The translations under genes were made by a program, and so were the position numbers. A stretch of DNA of 48,748 nt from the NCBI GenBank assembly GCA_963699545.1, contig CAVOUE010000001.1, positions 1 through 48,748 of the forward strand, in the 5' to 3' direction. The notes under the pieces were generated by a model. It was not told the origin of the DNA. It searched no databases and saw nothing but the letters and a program-made list of their open reading frames with translations. Positions 30,220 to 38,597 of this stretch are shown here, in pieces. Origin of the DNA: Nitrospirota bacterium. GTDB lineage: Bacteria; Nitrospirota; Thermodesulfovibrionia; Thermodesulfovibrionales; UBA9159. Numbering within the stretch: the first letter of the stretch is position 1; each line of letters opens with the position of its first letter.

Positions 30220-31273
30220 CTAAGTACTTCCAGTTAAATGCGACATCATGGAAGACCTTAAGGTTTTCATACGGAATAGTCGGCGGTATGTCGCAGCCCG
30301 GCACGAGCACGAACCCGCCGTCCTTCCCCGCGATCTCGATCACCTCCTTGCAGGCCGCTTCGACTTCTGCCGCAGTCTTGTTGAGAAGTACATGGACCGG
30401 GGCAACATTCCCTCCGAAGCACATCTTGCCGAAAAGGACCTCTTTGGCCTTGGCGATGTCGACCTTCTGGTCGAAGAATATCACGCTGCAGCCGGTATCG
30501 AGGAACTGCTCGAGCCGGTCGCTCGTATTGCCGCATATATGGAAAATGGTATGCGACATTCTTCGATTTCGCCCAGTCGCTCATTTTCTTGAGCGGAGGG
30601 ACCGCGAATTGCGCCATCTGCTTCGGGTTGATGAGGTCGCCCGAGGCGGTGGGATCGGCGATGCTCAGGCACTCGAGGCTCGCCGTCGGCCACCAGGGGC
30701 TCGTAGAGGTGTATGAGCAGGTCAGCGCAGAAATTCACCATCTTTTCTACGAACGCCGGCTTCTTAAAGGTATACTTCATGAAAGTCTTCTTCACCTACG
30801 AACCGGGCGGCGAGGGTGAAGGGGCCCCAGCAGGTCATGGTGACCAGATATTTTTTCCCTATCTTTTCCTTTACCCGCCGCGTTGCTTCCATGACCGTCT
30901 TGATGACAGGGTCCTTGATGGACATCCGTCGATGTCTGAGCTTTTCGATGTCCTCTTCGGACTTGACGAAGTGGATGGTGAGGTCCGGTGCGCCTATCTC
31001 ACGGTATTTTATCCCGACTCCGAAGTCTTGCCGAGGGACGACGCATGGAAGTTGTTGTATCCGGAGCCCACATAGACGACATCGCTCCTGATCCTGCTCC
31101 GCCTCGGTGACGCACATGTCGGCCATCTTGTCGGCATTCTTGCGCAACTCCTCGAAGGTCGATCCGTAGTCCTTGATGCTCCACATCCCGCCTCCGAAGA
31201 GCGTGACCGGTACTCGTTCGGGTTTGCCTCTTTTCAAAAGCCTTAAGATCATTTCTCTCGGTGTCATAGACAT
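30220..31273 (-). CDS. MtaA/CmuA-family (UroD-fold) methyltransferase 2 (several frameshifts; 3' end approximate)
   Basis: MTPRE..PERVPV and WGPFTLAA in ORF 30764..31273; FHICGNT, GGNVAP and PGCDIPP in ORF 30152..30559. Confidence 0.88.
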
Positions 31274-31292
31274 CGTTCTCCTCCTTTGTTCC

Positions 31293-31634
31293 CTAAGATT
31301 TTACCAGACTGATAAAATTATGAATCACTTTCTTGAACTCTTCAAGGTCAACAGGTGTCTTCAGGCTCAGGGCCCCGCCGGTATAAGTCTCATTCCCCGC
31401 CACAATAATGGGCAAGTCCGGCGAAATGCTCCTGATGATCTGGACCGCCTCTTCTGCGGAAAGACCGAAGGCGCCCGAATCGATAATCACCGCACCGTAA
31501 TTCCCCTGGAGGACCATGCGGACCGCAAGGGCCGGATGGTCTGCGATTTCGACAGTAAAGCCTTCATCCCTTAATATCCCGTAGAGGTCTTTTACCAGAA
31601 GAGGGTTATGTGTACATAACAGAATTTGCGCCAT
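31293..31634 (-). CDS. Stand-alone response-regulator receiver domain protein
   Basis: MAQILL..ILRDEGFTV..AVIIDS..PDLPIIV..KTPVDLEEF. Confidence 0.75.
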   Translation of the reverse strand: MAQILLCTHNPLLVKDLYGILRDEGFTVEIADHPALAVRMVLQGNYGAVIIDSGAFGLSAEEAVQIIRSISPDLPIIVAGNETYTGGALSLKTPVDLEEFKKVIHNFISLVKS

Positions 31635-31646
31635 GGAGAGAGAAAG

Positions 31647-31662
31647 AGCAATATTAATGCCA
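31647..31662 (-). promoter_or_regulatory. Sigma54 -24/-12 promoter of the methyltransferase operon
   Basis: Minus strand TGGCATTAATATTGCT = GG-N10-GC. Confidence 0.82.
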
Positions 31663-31723
31663 CGGGGAAAACACAAAATTATGAGGCGGGACATACCCCT
31701 GCAAAATCCCGTGGGGTGCATCG

Positions 31724-31761
31724 GTGGAAAAATGCCCCAATTTGCTGGGGCATTTTTCCAC
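31724..31761. promoter_or_regulatory. Perfect 16-bp inverted repeat (candidate enhancer/UAS, or terminator of the upstream OsmC gene)
   Basis: GTGGAAAAATGCCCCA-ATTTGC-TGGGGCATTTTTCCAC, 60-100 nt upstream of the sigma54 site. Confidence 0.6.
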
Positions 31762-31793
31762 ACTACCGAATGAATTCAGACCTCTCTCAGCTC

Positions 31794-32309
31794 TCATGTG
31801 CGCACATGAATGGTGCCTGATATCTTTGTCGGGTTGATAAGGCTGTCCACCACAGGACAGTGGGCAATCACGCGCTCGGCAAGCTCACGTATCTTTTCTT
31901 CATGTTCCGGTGTTTCGATGGTGAATGTATAGTTCACCTCCCTGAAGCCGGCAGCCACCTCATCGATCATGAACAGCCCCCTGAGATCCAGCGTCCCCTC
32001 CACGTCCACCGAGAGTGCATTGATGGTAAACCCTTCATGAACCGCAAACTCATAAAATGCAGCCTCAATGCACGCAGCGATTGCAGAGAGGAGCATCTCA
32101 ATGGGGTTGGGTGCCAGGTTGGTTCCGCCCGCGGCCTCTCCGTAGTCGGACTTCACAAGATGCTCCCTTACCCTGGTTTCGGTATAAAGACCCCTTATGT
32201 GTTTGGAGGATACTGTCGGCCTGTAGAGTGCTGCCTCCGGCTTTTTCTTGAAAAACTCGATTCTCCTTGCCACGATTTCTTTCAGGTCCCTCTCTTTATT
32301 GTCTTTCAT
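31794..32309 (-). CDS. OsmC/Ohr-family protein
   Basis: GGTNLAPNPIEMLLSAIAAC, GTLDLRG and AHCPV; AGGAGG RBS before ATG 32309. Confidence 0.88.
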   Translation of the reverse strand: MKDNKERDLKEIVARRIEFFKKKPEAALYRPTVSSKHIRGLYTETRVREHLVKSDYGEAAGGTNLAPNPIEMLLSAIAACIEAAFYEFAVHEGFTINALSVDVEGTLDLRGLFMIDEVAAGFREVNYTFTIETPEHEEKIRELAERVIAHCPVVDSLINPTKISGTIHVRT

Positions 32310-32346
32310 CCCTCTGCCTCCTTTCTCTTGATTCTTACCCAATCAT

Positions 32347-32362
32347 TGCAAAAAGAATACCA
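32347..32362 (-). promoter_or_regulatory. Sigma54 -24/-12 promoter upstream of the OsmC gene
   Basis: Minus strand TGGTATTCTTTTTGCA = GG-N10-GC, about 38 nt upstream of ATG 32309. Confidence 0.7.
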
Positions 32363-32444
32363 TTTTCTTAAACTATACGCTCTTTGTAATCAAGGGCAGC
32401 ACTTCACATTGTTTTGAAGTACCGCTGAAAAACCGGGGGGCTTA

Positions 32445-32918
32445 ATGGGATTCAATGAACTGGTGGAAAACCTCAAAGAAGGCACAGGCCTGAGCAGGGC
32501 AAAGGCAGCCGCGGGTCTGGGGAAGCTTAAGGACAAAAGGGCATCGGGAGTCCTGATAGAAGCCCTTAAGGACTCCAATGCCGGGGTAAGGAATAACGCT
32601 GCCTTTGCGCTCGGGGAACTGGGTGCCACAGAGGCGGTACCCCATTTAATCGCGCTCATGGAGGACCCTGAGGAGTGGGTACGGAAGAGCGCTGCCAAGG
32701 CACTGGGAATGCTTAAGGCATCTCAGGCAGTGATAGCCCTCGAACTCGCAACCAATGATCCCTCCTCCGTGGTGCGGAAAAATGCCATACGGAGTATCGG
32801 GAAGATAGGGGGAGGCGTCGCGATGCTCGCGCTTAAGAGGATAGCTGGAGGCCCGGAAAAGGCTGTGGCCCAGTTGGCTCAAGAGGCACTGGAAAAGCTC
32901 AAAACAGATTCTTATTGA
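32445..32918 (+). CDS. HEAT-repeat protein
   Basis: Repeated LIEALKD..VR..AA.ALG units. Confidence 0.88.
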   Translation: MGFNELVENLKEGTGLSRAKAAAGLGKLKDKRASGVLIEALKDSNAGVRNNAAFALGELGATEAVPHLIALMEDPEEWVRKSAAKALGMLKASQAVIALELATNDPSSVVRKNAIRSIGKIGGGVAMLALKRIAGGPEKAVAQLAQEALEKLKTDSY

Positions 32919-33799
32919 CGCTCTCCATGAAGACAACAATTGTATGCGGATTATTAGGGGCAGGAAAGACCACCTTTATTCAGCAGGTCGCAAGGAACAC
33001 CCGGGAAAAGACCGTTGTCCTCGTCAATGACTTCGGCAAAGTGGGTATCGATGGAGAGATATTCTCTGCAGGCGGCATCGAGTCCATAGAGCTTCCCAGC
33101 GGATGTGTCTGCTGCACCCTCAAGTTTGACCTTATTACCACCCTGCAGAAGATTACGGAGACCCTCACACCGGAACATCTTATCATTGAGCCCAGCGGGG
33201 TTGCCTCCCCTTCGGCAGTGCTCGAAGCCCTTGATCTCGTGAAGATCGGTTTAGTCACCGTGGTGGGGATTATTGATGCCACAGAATTTCTCGAATTCTA
33301 TGAATCGCAGATGTTCGGTAATTTTTTTCAGGACCAGATTGTCAACTCGGACATCATCCTTGTAAACAAGACAGACCTGGTGGATGAAGGGACCATCACC
33401 AGGATCGTGCATATCCTGGAGGGTATAAATCCCGGGGGGGTGATCTTTCCAACGGTAAATGCGTCCCTCAACGGACCTCTCCCTGAGGTAACCCGCGCCG
33501 AATCATCCGTCAAAAAGTTCGAAACCCATATCCATCTCGATACCTTCACGACGAATATAGGAAAAACCGAAACGCTCTTGTTCTACAAAAAGCTTTTTAC
33601 TGAAATGGTGGAAGGAACTTATGGAAATGTGGTGAGGGCAAAGGCCCTGGTACAGACCAATGAAGGGCCTTTCAGGCTGGACATCTCCTCGGGAAGGCTC
33701 GATTGTGTTCCCTTTGACAGACCTGTCACCCACAGCCGGCTCGTCATCATCGGCGAGAACCTGAAAAGGGATACCTTCCCTGTCCTGCAGCACAAATAA
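32915..33799 (+). CDS. CobW/COG0523 G3E GTPase metallochaperone
   Basis: GLLGAGKTT, VNDFG, GCVCC, IEPSG, NKTD and RAKA..LVIIG. Probable start is ATG 32927. Confidence 0.92.
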   Translation: MTLSMKTTIVCGLLGAGKTTFIQQVARNTREKTVVLVNDFGKVGIDGEIFSAGGIESIELPSGCVCCTLKFDLITTLQKITETLTPEHLIIEPSGVASPSAVLEALDLVKIGLVTVVGIIDATEFLEFYESQMFGNFFQDQIVNSDIILVNKTDLVDEGTITRIVHILEGINPGGVIFPTVNASLNGPLPEVTRAESSVKKFETHIHLDTFTTNIGKTETLLFYKKLFTEMVEGTYGNVVRAKALVQTNEGPFRLDISSGRLDCVPFDRPVTHSRLVIIGENLKRDTFPVLQHK

Positions 33800-33876
33800 G
33801 ACAGAATCCTGCAGCGATAATCCCATCCAGCAAGAGATACCTGTCACAGACAAGGCCCCCAGCCCTGCCTCTCCCA

Positions 33877-33905
33877 TTGCATACCATAACCACGCTTTGT
33901 ATAAT
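33877..33905 (+). promoter_or_regulatory. Sigma70 promoter of the rhodanese gene
   Basis: TTGCAT-17 nt-TATAAT followed by an AGGAGG RBS. Confidence 0.7.
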
Positions 33906-33928
33906 TAAGAAAAAGGAGGAGGTAAGAC

Positions 33929-35137
33929 ATGGATTGTACAAAGGACTATAAAAAAATAATTTCGCTGTCTCTGCTGTCAGTTTTTCTGATCTTGATCTCC
34001 CTCTCGCTCTGCTGCTATGGCGATGCTTCTGCCTCACAGATCTCGTCGCTCCTTTCTCCCCAGCAGCTTAAGAAATGGATCGATAATGGATACCGCGATG
34101 AGCGGGGATTCAAGGTTGTGGTATTGGATACGAGCTTTGGGCCGGCCGCCCGCTCCGATTATGATGCAGGCCACATCCCGGGGGCCTATTACGTTGACTA
34201 CGCAAAAGAACTTATCGCCACGCGCTCTGAAGGACCGATCATGGTCGACCTTATGGTTCCTGACGGCCCCCAAATGGACAAACATCTCCAGAAATACGGC
34301 ATTGACAAGGATACGGTCGTGGTGTTCACCGGGCACCACATCATGTGGGTGACGCGGGCATATTGGACCTATCGCTACTGGGGGTTTCCCCAGGACCATC
34401 TCTTTGTCCTGGACGGAAAAGCGACCACAGAGAAATCTGTGTGGAAGGCAGCGGGACATCCCTTAGAGACGAAAGCGCCGCCCCTTCCCCAACCCTCCGC
34501 GTTCAGCGTGGGCATCTGGCCAGGGAATATGGACATGGTGAGGGCGCCGCTCCAGGAGTTTATGGATGCAGCTTCAGGCAAAATACCCAACTCTGTGATC
34601 TTTGATACACGATCCGATGTGGAATGGAATGCGGAGTTGGCTGGGATTATGTATAATGTCGCCTGTGCCCTCCATATCAAAAACTCTGTCTGGAAGGAAT
34701 GGGTCGAGGAACTTGTAGGGGCTAACTATACAGACAAGGCAACCGGTTCCCATACATTGAAGCCCATAGCGCAGATCCTCGCTGAATACAAGGCATTGGG
34801 GCTGACCGAAGATAAGATGGTCTATTCTATCTGCAGCAGCGGAGTCCGTGCCACAGTGCCCTTTTTCATCTATGACGGCATCCTCGGCTGGAAAGGGAAG
34901 CATAAAGTGTATGACGGTTCCACCAGAGAAATCGGCCAGCTGGTCCATGTAAAGAACAAGAACGGGGCTTACAACCTTCCCGAAGACTCTCCATGGAGAT
35001 GGGACCTTCCGAAATACAACGCCACCATCACCTGCCAGCCTGACCCTGCCAAGGTCAATGTTCCCCAAGGCGTGAATCCCGGTGCAGCCTCAGGCAGAGA
35101 GATAAACGAAGCGGACAAGAGGTATTACAAAAAGTAA
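33929..35137 (+). CDS. Exported tandem-domain rhodanese/sulfurtransferase (ExtH-like)
   Basis: Signal peptide; YDAGHIPGA, TRAYWTYRYWG, LDG, FDTRS, active-site loop ICSSGVRA and VYDGS. Confidence 0.85.
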   Translation: MDCTKDYKKIISLSLLSVFLILISLSLCCYGDASASQISSLLSPQQLKKWIDNGYRDERGFKVVVLDTSFGPAARSDYDAGHIPGAYYVDYAKELIATRSEGPIMVDLMVPDGPQMDKHLQKYGIDKDTVVVFTGHHIMWVTRAYWTYRYWGFPQDHLFVLDGKATTEKSVWKAAGHPLETKAPPLPQPSAFSVGIWPGNMDMVRAPLQEFMDAASGKIPNSVIFDTRSDVEWNAELAGIMYNVACALHIKNSVWKEWVEELVGANYTDKATGSHTLKPIAQILAEYKALGLTEDKMVYSICSSGVRATVPFFIYDGILGWKGKHKVYDGSTREIGQLVHVKNKNGAYNLPEDSPWRWDLPKYNATITCQPDPAKVNVPQGVNPGAASGREINEADKRYYKK

Positions 35138-35180
35138 AAACCAGGATCTCACAGAATACTTCAGAAGGAGCATGCAGCAG

Positions 35181-35212
35181 AGGGAAGGGGAATACAGCCC
35201 CTTCCCTTTTTT
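35181..35212 (+). terminator. Rho-independent terminator
   Basis: AGGGAAGGGG-AATACAG-CCCCTTCCCT-TTTTT after the rhodanese stop. Confidence 0.75.
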
Positions 35213-35467
35213 ACAGGAACTTGAGGGAAGACGGGAAAATAAATTGCGCTTTGCAGACAGGCACCGTAAGCAGAGGCTTACCGTCAATCACAGGCCCGTA
35301 TCAGTATCATCCTCATAATGCCTTATACTTTCAAGGAATAGGACATGCGATGGTTGAATAATAATCACCCGGTGAGGCCCTTCAAATCTCCTGGAAAACA
35401 AATTGCTGCTTCCTTGGTGGAAATAAAAAAGTGAAATAAAGAAAAGAGGAGGTAGCGAGACATAACA

Positions 35468-35560
35468 TTGGCAACCGTGTTTAACGGGCTTGACCAGAAA
35501 AGATTGATGAAGGCCGTAGAGACTATAACACAGAACCATGAAGTGGGAAGAACGGAAGGT
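35468..35560 (+). pseudogene. 5' remnant of an OsmC-like gene
   Basis: Strong AGGAGGT RBS, then ATVFNGLDQKRLMKAVETITQNHEVGRT, which resembles the N-terminus of 5905..6444 (MVNDVDLEVFKATVNAVKDDPKKGAT). The frame then runs antisense into the permease. Confidence 0.45.
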
Positions 35561-35571
35561 CTTTCTAAAGA

Positions 35572-36742
35572 TCAGGCTGACCGTAAAGCATCCACGATAT
35601 TCATCCTCGCGGCGCGCACCGCAGGCAGCAGGCCGCCCACAAACCCCATGACGAGGGAAAAGGCCAGCGACTTCCAGGCGATATCGAAGGTGAGGGTAAA
35701 GCTGAAGGCGAGTTCCGAAAAGGTCTGCCAGTTCATGGTGGAGATGGTGATGAGCTGCATGAAGGAGGCGCAGAAGAACCCCGAGCACACCCCCCGACCA
35801 GCCCGAGGAGCAGCGATTCCAGGAGGAAGGCGGCCAGGATGCTCCCCCTGCCGGAAGCCGAGGGCGCGCAGCGTGCCGATCTCGGTGGTCCGGTTGGCCA
35901 CCGCGGCATACATGGTGATCATGGCGCCGATCATCGCCCCCAGGGAGAAGATGACGGTCAGGGTGAGGCCCGAGGATGCGCAGGAACTTGGCCATCATCT
36001 CGGACTGGTCGGCGTAGTATCGCGTCTCCCGCTTCGCCTCCACGGTCAGACGCGGGTCGCTCTCGATGCCGCTCTTTGAACCCCTCAAATTCGGACGAGT
36101 CGCGCAGCTTGAAGATCACCGATGAATAGACCGGCCTGCGGAAGGCCTGCATGAGCTGGTCCACATCCCCCCAGATCTCGGAACTGAATCCGGTTTTCCC
36201 GCATCGAATATCCCGACCACGGTCCAGTCGCGCATGCCGAAGCGGAGCGTCTCGCCGATGCCCCCTCCCTGGAACCGCTTGGCAATGCTCTTTCCGGCAA
36301 TGACCTCGGCAGAGCCCGGCCGCGGCATGCGCCCCTCGATCAGCCTCACCTGCGGCCTCAGGGGAGAGCAGCCGGCACCCACTCCCCTGATCACCACATT
36401 GGCGGGCTTGTTGGTCCCCCGCTTGGGCAGGTTGATGAGGACCACCAGTTCCTTGGCCAGAAGCGGCTGGCCGTTCTCCCCGATCGCAACCTCCGGCTGG
36501 CTCTCGACGATCGAGGCCTGGGAGCGCTCAACGCCGCTCTGCACCTCGGAATTGGCCGACTTGCGGATGACGACCACGTTGTCGTACGAGCCGGTCTCCA
36601 CCAGCGTCTTCTGCAGCCCCTCGGCCAGCATCAGGATGGCGGCAAAGACGAAGACCACCAGGGCCATGCCCGAGGCGGTGAGGACCGTGGTCAGCCGCCG
36701 GGTCCAGAGATTGCGGAAGCTGTAGGAATAGGGGATGGCCAT
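35572..36742 (-). CDS. MacB/FtsX-type ABC exporter permease B (frameshifted)
   Basis: RNLWTRRLTTVLT, IEGRMPRPGSAEVIAG and ANRTTEIGTLRALGF..GGLLPAVRAARM. Confidence 0.88.
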
Positions 36743-37911
36743 CTACCCGATCCTCCTCAGGCCGTCGGCGATGCGGATGGTCGCGCCCCGCCAGGTCGGG
36801 AAGATCGCCGCCACCACGCCGATCGCCGCAGGCAGCCAGCAGGTCGAGGTAGACGTGGTCATCGGTGACACGCTGAAATACGGGGAAGTACTGGCTCAGT
36901 TCGGTCTCGAATCCAGCGGGCCGCGGGAAAGGTGAGGAGCACCCCGAGCAGGCCGCCGATCAGGGCGATCACCAGCGACTCGCCGAAGATGATCGCCGCG
37001 ATGTGCGACGCGCCGAAACCCAGGGTCTTCAGGATCGCATACTCGCCGATCCGCTCCCGCGCGGTCATGGCCATGGTGTTGGCCACCACCACCATGATGA
37101 TGACGATGACCACATAGGAGACGATCTGGATGGCGATCACGATCGCCTCGGTCATGGAGATGAAGCCCAGCTGGAAGGCCTTCTCCGTCTCGGTCAGGGT
37201 CTCGGCCAGGGAATTCTTGAAGGTCCTGTCGACTGCCACGCGCCACCTCCGCCGCCAGGTCCGGGTTCGGGTCACCCCGATCATGTAGAAGCCCACCTGG
37301 TCCGCCCGGCGCGGCACCGTCTTTTTCATGGTCTCGTTGAGGTAGTCCCAGTGGAAGAAGAGCGACGCTCATCCGTGCTCTTTCCGCGCCCCCGGTAGAT
37401 GCCCCGCAGGACGAATTCCCACTGGCCCGGGAAAGATGGTCCCCTTGAGGGTGATCGAGGTCGCCGATCTTCCAGCCGTACTTGGTCCGCCAGCTTTCCC
37501 GCCGACGACGCAGCCCTTCCGGTCGCGCAGAAAGGCCGCCTTCTGATCCGGCGGAAGGACGAATTCCGGATAGAGATCGAGATAGCTCTTCGGCTCTACC
37601 GCGAAGTTGGCGAAGAAGTTCTTCTCGTCGATGTAGATGCCGCCGAACCAGTTCCCGTAGGAGACGCTCTTCACCCCCGGCATCTGGCGGATTCTTTCCT
37701 TGTAGGAGATGGGGAGGGGAAAGACGAGGGAGATGGCGTTCCTGGTGACCAGGCGGGTGGCCGAAGAGCGCTCGACCCCCAGGTACCAGCGCCGACCAGG
37801 GTGCGCAGCAGGCCGAAGGCGAGAATGGCGATGGTGATGCCGAGGATGGTCAGGCCGGTGCGGAGCTTGTGGCGGAAGGCGTTCCTAAAGAGGAGTCTTG
37901 AGAATGAACAT
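36743..37911 (-). CDS. MacB/FtsX-type ABC exporter permease A (frameshifted)
   Basis: RNAFRHKLRTGLT, NWFGGIY and ANTMAMTARERIGEYAILKTLGF. Confidence 0.85.
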
Positions 37912-38597
37912 CGTTCAGGACACCCTTTTCCAGATGCCTGACCATATGGGCCTTTTCGGCGGCCCGGGGGTCATGGGTGACCATGATGATGGTCTTGCCG
38001 AGTTCGTGAACGAGGCGCTCCATCAGGTCCAGGATCTCCTCGGCGGAGACCCGGTCCAGGTCGCCGGTCGGCTCGTCGGCCACGAGAATGGTCGGGTCGG
38101 TGCACGATGGCGCGGGCAATGGCGACCCGCTGCTGCTGGCCTCCGGAAAGCTGGCGAGGGATAATGGTCCATCCGGTCGGTCAGATTGACGACGCCCAGG
38201 GCCAGTCTCGACATGCTCTCGCCGCTCTCTTCGGGAGAGGCCGGTCAGGAGCAGGGGAAGTTCGACGTTTTCGAACGCGGTCAGGACCGGGATGAGGTTG
38301 TAGAACTGGAAGATGAAGCCGACGTTGGTGGCACGCCAGCCGGCCAGCTCCGTCTTCGGAAAGGGTGGTGATGTCGACCTGCCGCCACCCTGATGGTGCC
38401 GCTGTCCGCCTTGTCGATGCCGGCGATGAGGTTGAGGAGCGTGCTCTTCCCCGAGCCGGACGGCCCCATCAGCGCCAGGAATTCCCCTTCGGCGATGTCG
38501 AAGGTGATATCCTCGAGGACCGGGATAATCTGGCTGCCGCGCCGGTAGGACTTGTTCAGGTCTTTTATCTCGACGATGGCGGGCCTGGCACTTCCAT
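37895..38597 (-). CDS. LolD/MacB-type ABC ATP-binding protein (frameshifted; end approximate)
   Basis: [20 protein letters not shown] and MVTHDP in separate frames. Confidence 0.88.

Noticed and set aside
14428-31273. Methanogenesis or an archaeal contig
   Set aside because: No mcr or mtrA-G genes are in the window, and the sigma54 promoters and activators, sigma70 promoters and efflux adaptor are bacterial.
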